From the NCBI GenBank assembly GCA_001464125.1, contig LNEP01000007.1:8164-72163 (forward strand): a stretch of DNA of 64,000 nt, in the 5' to 3' direction. The position numbers and the translations under genes were made by a program. Positions 24,874 to 35,819 of the stretch are shown here, one piece after another; within the stretch, counting starts at the first letter, position 1, and every line of letters starts with the position of its first letter. The notes under the pieces were generated by a model. It was not told the origin of the DNA. It did not search any database and saw only the letters and a list, made by a program, of their open reading frames with translations. This DNA comes from Betaproteobacteria bacterium Ga0077540. GTDB lineage: Bacteria > Pseudomonadota > Gammaproteobacteria > Burkholderiales > Methylophilaceae.

Positions 24874-26044
24874 ACCGGTCTTTCAATGCTACAAAAGGAC
24901 GGTTATCTGGCCCCGTATACTCAGCATTCGGCCGAATAATCTTGTTATCAATGCGCTGTTCAATCGCGTGGGCAATCCAACCTGTGGTGCGGGAAATCAC
25001 AAATATCGGGGTGAACATGCCAGTGGGGATGCCCATCATGTGGTAGCTGGATGCGCTGTACCAATCGAGATTGGGGAACATTTTTTTCTCACGCCACATG
25101 GTTTCCTCAATACGAGCAGAGATGTCATATAGCTTCATATTGCCAGCCTCCTCACACAATGCTCGACTAACCGCTTTAATGGATTCATTTCGTGGGTCGG
25201 CAATGGTATACACAGGATGACCAAAGCCAATAATAATCTCCTTGCGCGCCATGCGTGCCATGATGTCGGCTTCCGCTTCATCTGCGTTCTCATAGCGTTC
25301 AATAATTTCCATGGCTGCCTCGTTGGCGCCACCATGTTTGGGACCACGCAAAGCGCCAATCGCACCAGTGATGCAAGAATACATATCAGACAAAGTGCCC
25401 GAAATAACGCGTGCCGTGAAGGTTGAGGCATTAAATTCATGCTCGGCATACAATACCAGTGAGGTGTTCATTGCCTTGACGTGAAGCGCAGATGGCTTTT
25501 TGCTATGCAAGATATGCAGGAAATGCGCAGCAATCGAGTCATCATCGGTTTCAACTTCAATGCGCACGCCTTTGTGGCTATAGTGATACCAGTAAATCAA
25601 GATTGAACCAAAGCAGGCAATCAGGCGATCGCCCAAGGTTTTAGCCGCTTCGGTATTTCGGTCAAGCGCCTCTGGCTCGAGTGTCCCCAGCATAGAGCAA
25701 CCGGTGCGCATCACATCCATCGGATGCGCATTGGCTGGAATCTGTTCCAATACGGTTTTAAGGGCATTGGGCAGGCCGCGTAGCTTTTTGAGCTTTTGAT
25801 GATACGCAGTGAGTTGTGCTTGATTGGGCAACTCGCCGTGTATCAACAAATGAGCGACTTCTTCAAACGTAGCCTGTTTGGCCAGTTCGATGATATCGTA
25901 ACCACGGTAATGCAAATCATTACCGGTGTGACCTACCGTGCAAATAGCGGTGCTTCCTGCGGAAACGCCCGCTAAGGCTACCCCTTTTTTCTTTTTCGGG
26001 GCTTCGGTCACAATGTCTGTCGTCGTGTTCATCACATTCTCCAT
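24872..26044 (-). CDS. prpC: 2-methylcitrate synthase
   Basis: KKGVALAGV...[36 protein letters not shown] and FPNLDW. Lies between prpB and prpD. Confidence 0.94.
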   Translation of the reverse strand: MENVMNTTTDIVTEAPKKKKGVALAGVSAGSTAICTVGHTGNDLHYRGYDIIELAKQATFEEVAHLLIHGELPNQAQLTAYHQKLKKLRGLPNALKTVLEQIPANAHPMDVMRTGCSMLGTLEPEALDRNTEAAKTLGDRLIACFGSILIYWYHYSHKGVRIEVETDDDSIAAHFLHILHSKKPSALHVKAMNTSLVLYAEHEFNASTFTARVISGTLSDMYSCITGAIGALRGPKHGGANEAAMEIIERYENADEAEADIMARMARKEIIIGFGHPVYTIADPRNESIKAVSRALCEEAGNMKLYDISARIEETMWREKKMFPNLDWYSASSYHMMGIPTGMFTPIFVISRTTGWIAHAIEQRIDNKIIRPNAEYTGPDNRPFVALKDR

Positions 26045-26050
26045 GAAACG

Positions 26051-26929
26051 CTATTTTTTAAATAATGAATCGAGTTTTTGTTCGTAGGCGTGATACCCCA
26101 AATGATCGTAGAGCGCCATCCGTGTTTGCATGGTGTCCAGTACGTTTTTCTGCGTACCGTCTTTTTTCACCACTTGATACACATTTAAGGCAGCCTGATT
26201 CATGGCGCGGAACGCAGACAGAGGGTACAGCACCATGCTGACATCAGCTGTGGCTAACTCTTCCACCGTAAATAAGGGCGTAGAGCCAAATTCGGTGATG
26301 TTGGCCAGCACGGGCACGTTGACTGCATCTACAAATTGTTTGTACATACTGAGTTCAGTCATGGCTTCTGGGAAAATCATGTCAGCGCCTGCTTCCACAC
26401 AGGCACAGGCACGATCAATGGCTGATTGCAAACCTTCAACCGCCAACGCATCAGTGCGTGCCATCACCACAAAGTCATCATACGGTTTGGCATCTACCGC
26501 TGCTTTTACGCGGTCCACCATTTCTTCCAAACTCACAATCGCTTTATTGGGGCGGTGACCACAACGTTTTGCACTGACTTGGTCTTCAATATGGACAGCG
26601 GCCGCACCGGCTTTAGAGACACTTTTGATGGTGCGGGCGATGTTGAAAGCACCACCAAACCCAGTATCAATATCAACTAGCAGAGGCGTATCCACGGCAT
26701 CGGTAATGCGGCGTACATCCACCAGCACATCTTCTAAAGTAGAAATGCCTAAATCTGGCAAACCGAGCGAGCCAGCCGCCACACCACCACCTGATAAATA
26801 AATAGCTTTAAAACCAGATTGTGTGGCCAGCATGGCGTGATAGGCATTAATCGCGCCAATAATTTGTAACGGTTTTTCTGCCGCTATTGCGGCTCTGAAG
26901 CGGGCGCCTGCTGATAGTGAAGTTGTCAT
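26051..26929 (-). CDS. prpB: 2-methylisocitrate lyase
   Basis: KRCGHRP (MICL-type catalytic loop), YLSGGG and LANITEFG. Confidence 0.96.
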   Translation of the reverse strand: MTTSLSAGARFRAAIAAEKPLQIIGAINAYHAMLATQSGFKAIYLSGGGVAAGSLGLPDLGISTLEDVLVDVRRITDAVDTPLLVDIDTGFGGAFNIARTIKSVSKAGAAAVHIEDQVSAKRCGHRPNKAIVSLEEMVDRVKAAVDAKPYDDFVVMARTDALAVEGLQSAIDRACACVEAGADMIFPEAMTELSMYKQFVDAVNVPVLANITEFGSTPLFTVEELATADVSMVLYPLSAFRAMNQAALNVYQVVKKDGTQKNVLDTMQTRMALYDHLGYHAYEQKLDSLFKK

Positions 26930-26949
26930 GATATTTACTTAATCCGTAC

Positions 26950-27948
26950 TTAATTAAAAAAGGCGAGGTTAGCCTCTTCAGAAATCGCCACGTTGGTGAG
27001 TTTGGCTTTTTGCAAAATCTCCCAGAAATAGCGATAGGTCGCTCGGTCATGCAGTTCGCCAGCGTATTGAATCGGTCCCCAATCGGCGGCTTGGGCAGCC
27101 AGTAAAATATTGGCGGCATCGGCTACTTCGTCGTAATTGGGTTTCATCGCGTCCACAATGGCTTGAATTTGCGTGGGGTAAATACTCCACATACGCATAA
27201 ACCCAAACTCATTTCGTGCTCGACTGGCATCGCTAAACGTGGTTTCTACATTTTTTAAATCCAGCGTCACGTTATGGGCAGGCACCACGCCATTTGCTAA
27301 TGCAGCTGAGACAACCTCGGTTTTGGCGCGCGCTAATAGGCGGTGGTCAAATTGTCCAGGGCTGCGCATCGCGCTGGCTGGGATTGCGCCATGATGCGCG
27401 CTGACAAAATCCATCAAGCCAAAATCCAACACTTGTAACCAAGGCAATTTAGCAATGTTGTGCACTTGGTTTAATGCGCCATGGGTTTCAATCAAAATAT
27501 GCACAGGAATCACGCGGCTGATGCCATTGGCTGCTGCTACTTTTTGGATGTAAGCAATCATTTCCTCGGCTTGGCTAATATCAGTACATTTAGGAATAGT
27601 GATATAGCTCAGCACGTTACCGGCACCGCCCACCAAAATATCAATGTCTTGTTTCCAAGCAGGGTGGGTGTAATCATGGATGCGAGCGCCTGCCATGTGG
27701 TATTTGTTGGCTTCAGAATTCAACACGCGCACGATCATTTCGGCATGGTCGCGCTCTTGCCCGCTGGCTGCGCCGTCCTCACAATCGCAAGTAATATCAA
27801 ATACTTGACCAATGGTGTCTTGTAACCCTAGAGCCTTGAGTATCAGCTTTTCGCTCCCTGCAAAGTGCTCACAGGCAGGGATGAGCGGAAACGGTTTTTC
27901 TCCGCCAAACAAGGCCTCGCTTGGATGTGGTTTTGTTGAATTGCTCAT
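26950..27948 (-). CDS. CitE/HpcH-superfamily acyl-CoA lyase (betaproteobacterial type)
   Basis: DCEDGA, ARIHD, LIET, FGLMDF, WSIYP.Q and C-terminal LHDRA with Asp. Substrate not determinable from sequence alone. Confidence 0.8.
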   Translation of the reverse strand: MSNSTKPHPSEALFGGEKPFPLIPACEHFAGSEKLILKALGLQDTIGQVFDITCDCEDGAASGQERDHAEMIVRVLNSEANKYHMAGARIHDYTHPAWKQDIDILVGGAGNVLSYITIPKCTDISQAEEMIAYIQKVAAANGISRVIPVHILIETHGALNQVHNIAKLPWLQVLDFGLMDFVSAHHGAIPASAMRSPGQFDHRLLARAKTEVVSAALANGVVPAHNVTLDLKNVETTFSDASRARNEFGFMRMWSIYPTQIQAIVDAMKPNYDEVADAANILLAAQAADWGPIQYAGELHDRATYRYFWEILQKAKLTNVAISEEANLAFFN

Positions 27949-27949
27949 G

Positions 27950-29014
27950 TTATGGCTTTCTCCGTGGCATCAAGACGGTGTAATCAAGGTCAAGCACTAC
28001 ATTGGGGTGGTAGCCACCCTCAGTTTTTGCCTGTGAAATTTCTGCTGGGGTGATATTTTTTAGACCCACCATGCGCAAGCGCAAAGCACCAAATTGTGGG
28101 TGATGGGCTAATTGCAAACGCTCTAGCACTTCGGTGTAGGTGTAAATCGTATCGCCGGCATAGCTAGGATTAGCGTGCGTGCCGCCATTAATCGCTAAAA
28201 TTTGCAGTGCGTTTTCCAAGCCTTCGTAACTCAAAGCACGGCAAGCGGAAATGACCACGCCGCCATAGACCAAGCGTTGTTTCATGGGGTTGGTTGCCAT
28301 CATATGGGCATCAAAATGCAGACGTGCATTGTTTTGATACAAACGCGTGGCAAGTGAGTGGTCGCTATCGTTAATGGTCATGCCAGCAGGGTGGTCAATG
28401 CGTTCACCCACTTGGTAGTCTTCCCAAAAGTAGTGGCCACCGGTGGCGCTCGCTATTTCATGGTGAAAGCTAAGCGCATCAGGCGCTTGCAAGTGTGCTT
28501 CACTAACGGATACTGACAACTCGGGCACGACAGTTTCGGGTGCCGGTGCATTCAAATCACCTTTGTGCACCATGACCCAACGCACCCAACTTAATACCGG
28601 CGTTTGATGTTGATTAATGGTGGTTGAGCGTACCCATACCACCCCATTTTTGCCACTCGAGTTTTGTTTTAAGCCAATCACTTGGCTGGAGGTGCTGAGT
28701 GTATCGCCAGCAAATACAGGCTGTAAAAAACGCACATCGGCATAACCTAAATTGGCGACTGCGTTCACCGAAATATCCGGAACGGTTTTGCCAAACGCAA
28801 TATGAAACGCCAACAAATCATCGACCGGAGTGCTGGGATACCCTAATGAATGCGCAAATGGCGCACTGCAATGCAGTGGGTTGCGTTCGCCAGTCAGCGC
28901 AATGTACAAAGCGCTATCGCCCGTTGTGATGGTGCGTGGCGTGGCGTGTTGAATGACTTCGTTGAGTTTGAAGTCTTCAAAGTACCTGCCGCTATTAATT
29001 TTGGTATTGCTCAT
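27950..29014 (-). CDS. mch: Mesaconyl-C1-CoA hydratase (2-methylfumaryl-CoA hydratase), double MaoC hot-dog
   Basis: N.GRYFED, PRT, FHIAFGKTVPDISVNAVANLGYA, LYQNNARLHFD and YGGVVIS. These closely match Mch of the ethylmalonyl-CoA and 3-hydroxypropionate pathways as I recall it. Confidence 0.82.
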   Translation of the reverse strand: MSNTKINSGRYFEDFKLNEVIQHATPRTITTGDSALYIALTGERNPLHCSAPFAHSLGYPSTPVDDLLAFHIAFGKTVPDISVNAVANLGYADVRFLQPVFAGDTLSTSSQVIGLKQNSSGKNGVVWVRSTTINQHQTPVLSWVRWVMVHKGDLNAPAPETVVPELSVSVSEAHLQAPDALSFHHEIASATGGHYFWEDYQVGERIDHPAGMTINDSDHSLATRLYQNNARLHFDAHMMATNPMKQRLVYGGVVISACRALSYEGLENALQILAINGGTHANPSYAGDTIYTYTEVLERLQLAHHPQFGALRLRMVGLKNITPAEISQAKTEGGYHPNVVLDLDYTVLMPRRKP

Positions 29015-29050
29015 CTCACGTCACTTTCGCGATGATTTGTAGGCATCAAT

Positions 29051-29932
29051 TTAAATAAACTCTTCTTCTAGTTCAGCAATCGCTTCATGCAGCTGAATCA
29101 AGCGTTGTGCGGCTTTAATGTGATGGTGTTCTACCAATTTGTCGTTCACCACCACGGTGCCTTGCCCAGAAGCGTTGGCCTCTTTTAATGCTTTAATAAT
29201 TTCTCTTGCGTGCGCAACTTCGGTTGCTTTTGGCGTGTAGGCATCGTTGCAATAGGCAATTTGTGCAGGGTGCACCAGCGATTTACCATCCATGCCCATG
29301 TCGCGACCCAAGCGGCAAGCATATTCAAATGAGTGCATGTTTTTAAAATCACTGGTGATCCCATCAATCACACAGCGGCCATAGGCGCGTGCTGCCAAGA
29401 TTACCAAAGATAACGAAGTGAGGATGGCGGAGCGCTCATGCGTGACATGCGCATGCAATTGAGAAATCAAATCGGATGTCGCCATCACGATACATATAAT
29501 ACGGTCAGATGCCGATGCAATTTCTTTTGCGTTAAGCACAGCAATCGGGCTTTCAATCATCACCATAATTGGTACATCTTTCCCGCCGGCGTCATCCAAT
29601 GCTTGTTGTGCCCTTAGGACATCTTCACGTGACTCTATATTCGGAAACAAAATTGCATCAGCACCAATATTGGCCACAGCTTTAATATCATCTGCGCCCC
29701 AAATGGAGTCTAAGTCGTTGACGCGCACTACTACTTCACGTTTACCGTACCCACCTTGTTTAACTGCAGCCACAACGTTTTCACGGGATTGGATTTTGGC
29801 ATCAATCAAGATGGGGTCGCCCAAATCAAGTATCACTGAGTCTGCAGCCAATGTGCGAGCGCGTTCCAAGTAGTGTGTGTTGCAGCCTGGTACATACAGC
29901 ATTGAACGTCTGGGGCGTAAGCAGTATTCCAT
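29051..29932 (-). CDS. CitE-family enzyme, Mcl2-like (3S)-malyl-CoA thioesterase
   Basis: RPRRSMLYVPG, VVRVN, LAARAYG..IDG, GRDMGMDGK..HPAQ and a C-terminal KLVE with Glu as in Mcl2. The usual DLED motif is changed to DLGD. Confidence 0.72.
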   Translation of the reverse strand: MEYCLRPRRSMLYVPGCNTHYLERARTLAADSVILDLGDPILIDAKIQSRENVVAAVKQGGYGKREVVVRVNDLDSIWGADDIKAVANIGADAILFPNIESREDVLRAQQALDDAGGKDVPIMVMIESPIAVLNAKEIASASDRIICIVMATSDLISQLHAHVTHERSAILTSLSLVILAARAYGRCVIDGITSDFKNMHSFEYACRLGRDMGMDGKSLVHPAQIAYCNDAYTPKATEVAHAREIIKALKEANASGQGTVVVNDKLVEHHHIKAAQRLIQLHEAIAELEEEFI

Positions 29933-30010
29933 AGTATTTATCCAGTAATAGGTTGCAAATAAATGTTGATTGAAATCGATTATATAGACATCATTTCAAG
30001 TGTGTCAATA

Positions 30011-30037
30011 TATATCTTATGTCTTATATAAGATATA
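30011..30037. promoter_or_regulatory. GntR/SdhR-type operator in the divergent promoter region
   Basis: tatatcttat-gtcttat-ataagatata inverted repeat containing TCTTATGTCTTATATAAGA, the motif typical of betaproteobacterial mdh/gntR-sdh promoters. Confidence 0.8.
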
Positions 30038-30189
30038 AAACAGTAGACATGTGAATTTGCTCGTGATATAAATGCGTCTAACTAGCAAAGCATTCATCTT
30101 GCTGTGTCGATGCTAATTATATGAATCGCAAATAAGGGTGTTAATTAAAGCGTATGGGTCATGAAAATTTAATGCACAGGACAATCAAT

Positions 30190-30924
30190 ATGGATAAGCA
30201 ATTTAATTCTCCAAGCTACAGGCCGCTCTATGATCAAATCAAGGTGCTCATCACGCAAAGCCTGATTGGGGGTGAGTGGCGCCCAGGTGAGATGATTCCA
30301 AGTGAGGTGGATTTGGCTATGCGTTATAAGGTGAGTCAAGGCACGGTGCGAAAGGCCATTGATAGTTTGGCGACTGAGAATATTTTGATTCGTCGTCAAG
30401 GCAAAGGCACATTCGTAGCAACGCATAAAGAGGATGACATTAAGTTACGTTTTTTGCGCTTGACCGCGGAAAATGGCCAAAAAGAGTTGCTGCAAAACGA
30501 GTTTTTATCTTGCGAGAAAACTAAAGCTAATGCCCATATTTCCAAAGTATTGGATATCAAGGCAGGTGCAGCCACCATTGAAGTGAAGCGTATGCTTACC
30601 TTTTCCGGCAGGCCGCTTATTTATGACCACATTATTGTGCCCGCAGCACCTTTTAAAGGTTTGAATAGCGTAAAGGTGGAAGAAAGCAATGGTTCCATGT
30701 ACAGCATGTACGAGTCGCAGTTTGGCATTCGCATGATTCGTGCGGAAGAGCGCCTTAAAGCGGTGGGTGCAGAGAAAGAAGTGGCTAAATCCTTAGGTTT
30801 GCAAGATGGCTATCCATTATTAAGTATTGAGCGGGTGTCATTTACTTATGGCGATAAGCCGATGGAGTGGAGGTTGGGCTTATGCCTCACAGACGATCAT
30901 CACTATATGAGCGAGCTCGAATAA
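30190..30924 (+). CDS. GntR/HutC-family regulator (SdhR-type)
   Basis: PLYDQIK, IPSE..LA, VSQGTVRKAI and RRQGKGTFV, plus a C-terminal UTRA domain. Lies upstream of sdhCDAB. Confidence 0.9.
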   Translation: MDKQFNSPSYRPLYDQIKVLITQSLIGGEWRPGEMIPSEVDLAMRYKVSQGTVRKAIDSLATENILIRRQGKGTFVATHKEDDIKLRFLRLTAENGQKELLQNEFLSCEKTKANAHISKVLDIKAGAATIEVKRMLTFSGRPLIYDHIIVPAAPFKGLNSVKVEESNGSMYSMYESQFGIRMIRAEERLKAVGAEKEVAKSLGLQDGYPLLSIERVSFTYGDKPMEWRLGLCLTDDHHYMSELE

Positions 30925-31046
30925 AAAGTGCATATTTCATCTCAATCGCTGTGTTGCTCTCTGATTTGCTTGCTTATGTACTTTGATGTACACCGCGCAT
31001 CGCAAATAAGCTCGCGCCTTGCGCTTGAGCGAACTAAGCATTTTTA
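30922..31046 (-). repeat. RPE-1-like palindromic element, copy 3
   Basis: TIR taaaaagtgc ... gcattttta. Minus-strand core CAAGGC...ATTTGC..GGTGTACatcaaAGTAC..GCAAAT...AACACAG. Begins at the gntR stop codon. Confidence 0.65.
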
Positions 31047-31064
31047 AAGAATTGTGGAGTAAAG

Positions 31065-32258
31065 ATGGACGATTTAAAGAAACGCGCGTTGGATTACCAC
31101 CAATTTCCTATTCCTGGGAAGTTGAGCGTGGAGTCATCCAAGCCTTGTACGACGCAAGATGATTTGTCATTGGCTTATACGCCGGGTGTTGCAGAGCCTG
31201 TGCGCGAGATTCATGCGGACCCAGCCAATGCTTACAAATACACCAACAAAGGCAATTTAATTGCGGTAATTACCGATGGTACGGCAGTGCTGGGCTTGGG
31301 TGATATGGGTGCGCTGGCGAGTAAGCCTGTGATGGAGGGCAAAGCGGTATTGTTTAAGCGCTTTGCAGGTATTGATGTGTTTGATATTGAAGTGAATGCG
31401 AAAACACCGGATGAGTTTATCCAAACCGTGGTCAATATTGCGCCTACATTTGGCGGTATTAACTTAGAAGACATTGCTGCGCCCCACTGTTTCTACATTG
31501 AAGATGAATTAAAAAAACGCCTAGATATTCCAGTATTTCATGACGATCAGCACGGTACCGCTGTGATTGTTGCAGCTGCGTTACTGAACGCGTTAGAGCT
31601 CCAAGGCAAAACGCTCGCCCGCGCCAAGATAGTGTTTTTAGGCGCGGGTGCGGCGGGTTGTTCTTGTGCAAAGCTGCTCAAATTGATGGGTGCCACCAAC
31701 ATTACCATGGTGGATAGAACAGGTGTACTCGATACCAACCGTGCAGATCTGCATGACAATAATCGTGAGTTAGCAGTAGCACCTTCATCCAATAAAACCT
31801 TGGCAGACGTGATGCCCGATGCAGATGTGTTTATTGGCGTGTCCGCCAAAAATGCGCTAGATGCAAGCTTGATTAAAGCGATGGCCAAAAATCCTGTTGT
31901 GTTTGCTTTGGCCAACCCAGACCCAGAAGTCTTGCCCAGCGCTGCCTTTGCCGTGCGCGATGACTTGATTATGGCCACTGGTCGCAGCGATTTTCCTAAC
32001 CAAGTGAATAACGCGCTGTGCTTTCCATACCTGTTTAGAGGTGCATTGGATGCCAAAGCCAAAAAAATCACCGATAAGATGAAAGTGGCCGCTGCCAAAG
32101 CGCTCAGTGCGCTGGCGCGTGAGCCAGTGCCTGCAGAAGTATTGGCAGCATATCAATTGCAGTCTTTAAGCTTTGGCAAAGATTACATTATTCCAAAGCC
32201 TTTTGATCCAAGGTTGATGAACTATGTATCCACCGCAGTGGCAGAGGCGGCCGAATGA
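31065..32258 (+). CDS. Malic enzyme, short form without the PTA domain
   Basis: LSLAYTPGVA, DGTAVLGLG, PVMEGK, NLEDI, FHDDQHGTA, GAGAAG and ATGRSDFPNQVNN. Confidence 0.93.
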   Translation: MDDLKKRALDYHQFPIPGKLSVESSKPCTTQDDLSLAYTPGVAEPVREIHADPANAYKYTNKGNLIAVITDGTAVLGLGDMGALASKPVMEGKAVLFKRFAGIDVFDIEVNAKTPDEFIQTVVNIAPTFGGINLEDIAAPHCFYIEDELKKRLDIPVFHDDQHGTAVIVAAALLNALELQGKTLARAKIVFLGAGAAGCSCAKLLKLMGATNITMVDRTGVLDTNRADLHDNNRELAVAPSSNKTLADVMPDADVFIGVSAKNALDASLIKAMAKNPVVFALANPDPEVLPSAAFAVRDDLIMATGRSDFPNQVNNALCFPYLFRGALDAKAKKITDKMKVAAAKALSALAREPVPAEVLAAYQLQSLSFGKDYIIPKPFDPRLMNYVSTAVAEAAE

Positions 32259-32644
32259 TTGCAAAAAAACCCATCAAGCAACGACCAAAGAATCTAAACC
32301 TGTTCACGATTCGTTTGCCGATTAATGCGGTGGTTTCGATTATGCATCGGGCCAGCGGTGTAGTGCTTTTCTTAATGCTGCCGGCCGTGTTGTGGGTGTT
32401 GCAGCAATCATTAGCCAGTGAGGCGGATTACTTGAGGATTTCAAGCGGCTTTCAGCATTGGGTGTTTAAGTTGATTTTGATTGGCATGGCTTGGGCATTC
32501 TTTCACCACTTTTTTGCAGGTATACGCCATTTAGCCATGGACGTGCACTGGATGACCAGCTTACAAAAAGCGCGATTTTCCAGCCGAGTGGTGCTGTGGT
32601 TGGTGGGGTTGTCTGTAGCGATGTTTGCTTGGTGTATTTGGTAA
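32255..32644 (+). CDS. sdhC: Succinate dehydrogenase cytochrome b556 subunit
   Basis: RPKNL, SIMHRASG and HFFAGIRHL. Confidence 0.94.
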   Translation: MIAKKPIKQRPKNLNLFTIRLPINAVVSIMHRASGVVLFLMLPAVLWVLQQSLASEADYLRISSGFQHWVFKLILIGMAWAFFHHFFAGIRHLAMDVHWMTSLQKARFSSRVVLWLVGLSVAMFAWCIW

Positions 32645-32650
32645 GCGATT

Positions 32651-33001
32651 ATGTTGATTGAATTGTTAACAGACCGCTACCCCGGCATGCGCCAATGGCT
32701 CACACAACGGTTATCCGCTGTGGTGATGGCGTTGTACACAGTGTTGTTTGTATTGCTGATAGCACTATATCAGCCTACTAATTACGCAGAATGGCATGAC
32801 TTTTTTAGTCCTTGGTGGTGGCGTTTAGCCACACTTTTAAGTTGGGTTTGCTTAATGATGCACGCATGGCTAGGCGTGCGCGATGTGCTCAAAGATTACA
32901 TTTTTAACGTCACAGTCAGGTCTTATTTGCAGTTGTTAGTAGAACTTGTGCTCATTATCGATTTGACATGGATGGCATTCATTTTAGTAGAGATGAAATA
33001 A
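32651..33001 (+). CDS. sdhD: Succinate dehydrogenase membrane anchor
   Basis: WLTQRLSA and [13 protein letters not shown]. Confidence 0.93.
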   Translation: MLIELLTDRYPGMRQWLTQRLSAVVMALYTVLFVLLIALYQPTNYAEWHDFFSPWWWRLATLLSWVCLMMHAWLGVRDVLKDYIFNVTVRSYLQLLVELVLIIDLTWMAFILVEMK

Positions 33002-33006
33002 CGCAT

Positions 33007-34767
33007 ATGACAGTACAACAACATACCTTTGATGCAGTAATTATTGGCGGTGGCGGCGCAGGTCTGCGTGCTTCGCTGCAATTGGCAGAGGCGGGTGCCA
33101 AAGTGGCCGTGCTGTCCAAAGTATTCCCAACACGCTCACACACTGTAGCAGCACAAGGCGGCATTGCCGCAGCCTTGGGCAACGTGGCTGAGGATAAATG
33201 GCTATGGCACATGTATGACACCATTAAAGGCTCAGACTATTTAGGTGACCAAGATGCCATTGAATTTATGTGCAAAAACGCTGCAAAAGCCATTATTGAG
33301 CTTGAGCATTTTGGTATGCCGTTTGACCGTTTGGAAAACGGCCGTATTTTTCAACGCCCCTTTGGCGGGATGACGCAGAATTTTGGTGAAAAACCCATCT
33401 CACGCACTTGTGCAGTGGCAGATAGAACCGGACATGCCATGCTACATACCCTATATCAACGCAATGTCCGCGCTAACACCCAATTTTTAATTGAGTGGTT
33501 TGCGCTGGATTTGATTCGCGATGCTGATGGCGATGTACTTGGGGTCATGGCACTGGAAATTGAAACTGGTGAATTGCACCTGATTCATGCTAAATCCACG
33601 TTATTGGCAACGGGTGGCGCAGGCAGAATTTTCCAAGCCAGTACAAATGCTTTTATTAATACTGGCGATGGTTTGGGTATGGCAGCACGAGCTGGGTTGC
33701 CTTTACAGGATATGGAGTTCTGGCAATTTCACCCCACCGGTGTGCTCAATGCAGGTGTGCTGATTACCGAAGGAGTGCGCGGTGAAGGTGGCTATTTAGT
33801 AAACAGCGAAGGCGAGCGCTTTATGGAGCGTTATGCGCCTAATGCAAAAGACTTGGCCAGCCGCGATGTGATTTCACGTGCAACCGCAACAGAAATCAAA
33901 GAAGGTCGTGGTGTTGGTAAACATAAAGATGCGGTGTATCTCAAACTCGACCATTTGGGCGAAGAGGTCATCAATAAGCGCCTGCCTGGTATCCGCGAAA
34001 TTGCAAAAACCTTTGCTAGTGTGGATCCAATTAAAGACCCCATTCCTGTAGTGCCGACTGCGCATTACATGATGGGCGGCATTCCTACTAATTTGGATGG
34101 GCAAGTGGTGCTGCATGATGGCAAGACCGAACAATTGGTGAACGGCCTATACGCAGTGGGCGAGTGCGCCTGTGTGTCTGTGCATGGTGCAAACCGTTTA
34201 GGTTCCAACTCGCTCTTGGACTTGGTGGTGTTTGGCAAAGCCGCTGGCGACAAAATGTTGAGCGAGATACAAGCCAACAAAGCACACAAACCATTACCTG
34301 CTGATGCCTCAGATAAAACATTGGCACGTATGGCACGTTTAGAAAATCAACAGAATGGTGAAAGTGTTGCAGAAGTGGGCACCGATATGCGCAAAACCAT
34401 GCAAAAGCATTGTGGCGTGTTCCGTTTCCCAGAATTACTCTCTAGCGGTGTTTCCGCAATTGATGCAGTAGCCCAGCGCGTGAAACATCTGCAAATTAAA
34501 GATAAAAGCAAAGTATTCAATACTGCGCGAATTGAAGCATTAGAACTGGATAACTTAATGGAAGCAGCGGTGGCTACGATGCATGCTGCGGAACATCGTA
34601 AAGAAAGTCGCGGTGCGCATGCGCGCGAGGACTTTGCAGAACGTGACGATGTGAACTGGTTAAGCCATTCACTTCATTACAAAGAGGGAAATCGATTGGT
34701 CTATAAACCAGTTCGCTTAAATCCATTGACTGTGGAATCGTTTACGCCAAAAACAAGGGTTTATTAA
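33007..34767 (+). CDS. sdhA: Succinate dehydrogenase flavoprotein
   Basis: [10 protein letters not shown] (FAD His), QFHPTG, HYMMGG and VHGANRLG. Confidence 0.98.
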   Translation: MTVQQHTFDAVIIGGGGAGLRASLQLAEAGAKVAVLSKVFPTRSHTVAAQGGIAAALGNVAEDKWLWHMYDTIKGSDYLGDQDAIEFMCKNAAKAIIELEHFGMPFDRLENGRIFQRPFGGMTQNFGEKPISRTCAVADRTGHAMLHTLYQRNVRANTQFLIEWFALDLIRDADGDVLGVMALEIETGELHLIHAKSTLLATGGAGRIFQASTNAFINTGDGLGMAARAGLPLQDMEFWQFHPTGVLNAGVLITEGVRGEGGYLVNSEGERFMERYAPNAKDLASRDVISRATATEIKEGRGVGKHKDAVYLKLDHLGEEVINKRLPGIREIAKTFASVDPIKDPIPVVPTAHYMMGGIPTNLDGQVVLHDGKTEQLVNGLYAVGECACVSVHGANRLGSNSLLDLVVFGKAAGDKMLSEIQANKAHKPLPADASDKTLARMARLENQQNGESVAEVGTDMRKTMQKHCGVFRFPELLSSGVSAIDAVAQRVKHLQIKDKSKVFNTARIEALELDNLMEAAVATMHAAEHRKESRGAHAREDFAERDDVNWLSHSLHYKEGNRLVYKPVRLNPLTVESFTPKTRVY

Positions 34768-34769
34768 TT

Positions 34770-35522
34770 ATGAAATTTTCGATTTATCGCTATAACCCCG
34801 ATACAGACAAAAAACCTTACATGCAAGATTATGACATTGCATTGGAGGACAGCGACCAAATGTTGTTGGATGCATTGGTGCGCATTAAGCAAGTAGACGA
34901 GACCTTGAGTTTGCGTAAATCCTGCCGTGAAGGCGTATGTGGCTCAGACGCCATGAACATCAATGGCAAGAATGGACTTGCCTGTATCACCAAGTTATCC
35001 GATTTAGATGAGCCTGTGGTGCTACGTCCTATGCCAGGTTTGCCGGTGATTCGTGATTTGGTGGTGGACATGACGCAGTTTTTTGACCACTACAACTCAA
35101 TTAAGCCTTATTTAGAAAACAACGATCCGCCACCGGAAACCGAGCGTCTACAAAGCCCAGAAGATAGGGCAAAATTAGATGGTCTGTACGAGTGCATTTT
35201 GTGTGGTGCATGCACCACCTCTTGCCCAAGTTTCTGGTGGAACCCAGATAAATTTGTAGGGCCAGCTGGCTTGATGCAAGCCTACCGTTTTATTGCAGAT
35301 TCACGCGATCAAGCGGAGGAGGAGCGCTTGGAAAACTTGGAAGATCCCTATCGTTTGTACCGTTGCCACAACATTATGAACTGTACAGATGTGTGTCCGA
35401 AAAAGCTCAACCCGAATGCTGCGATTGCCGCCATTAAAGATTTAAAAATAGAACGCGCTAAAGAACATAAGGATGCGCAACCAAAAACCGGTAAAAAGAT
35501 ATTCGGCATCAAAGTGTTATAA
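34770..35522 (+). CDS. sdhB: Succinate dehydrogenase iron-sulfur subunit
   Basis: SCREGVCGSD, CILCGACTTSCP and CHNIMNCTDVCP. Confidence 0.98.
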   Translation: MKFSIYRYNPDTDKKPYMQDYDIALEDSDQMLLDALVRIKQVDETLSLRKSCREGVCGSDAMNINGKNGLACITKLSDLDEPVVLRPMPGLPVIRDLVVDMTQFFDHYNSIKPYLENNDPPPETERLQSPEDRAKLDGLYECILCGACTTSCPSFWWNPDKFVGPAGLMQAYRFIADSRDQAEEERLENLEDPYRLYRCHNIMNCTDVCPKKLNPNAAIAAIKDLKIERAKEHKDAQPKTGKKIFGIKVL

Positions 35523-35531
35523 GGGGGAGCC

Positions 35532-35819
35532 ATGTTAAACGCAGAAATCATGCAAGACGCAGAACAAAGACGCTTAGCATGGCGTTGCCGGCGTGGCATG
35601 CTGGAGTTGGATATTGTGTTGCAGCGCTTTGTGAGTGAGCAGTTTGGTGATCTGACACTGGCCGAGATGCAGATATTCGATGAAATGCTTGAACTCGCAG
35701 ATAACGATTTTTGGGAGCTGATACAAAGCGCCGAGCAAGTGAACTATGAGGCGGATGTGCAAAATGTATTACGTAAATTAAGCATTGCCAGTCAGCAAAA
35801 CACACAGGGGGAAGCATGA
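35532..35819 (+). CDS. sdhE: FAD assembly factor SdhE
   Basis: WRCRRGMLELD. Confidence 0.93.
   Translation: MLNAEIMQDAEQRRLAWRCRRGMLELDIVLQRFVSEQFGDLTLAEMQIFDEMLELADNDFWELIQSAEQVNYEADVQNVLRKLSIASQQNTQGEA

Noticed and set aside
26051-26929. Isocitrate lyase (glyoxylate shunt)
   Set aside because: The KRCGH loop, the ~290 aa size and the prpC/prpD context indicate methylisocitrate lyase. AceA has KKCGH and is longer.
31547-32098. Long antisense ORF (183 aa) and many similar 60-160 aa ORFs in the track
   Set aside because: They are shadows of well-supported genes on the opposite strand or frame, with no recognisable motifs.
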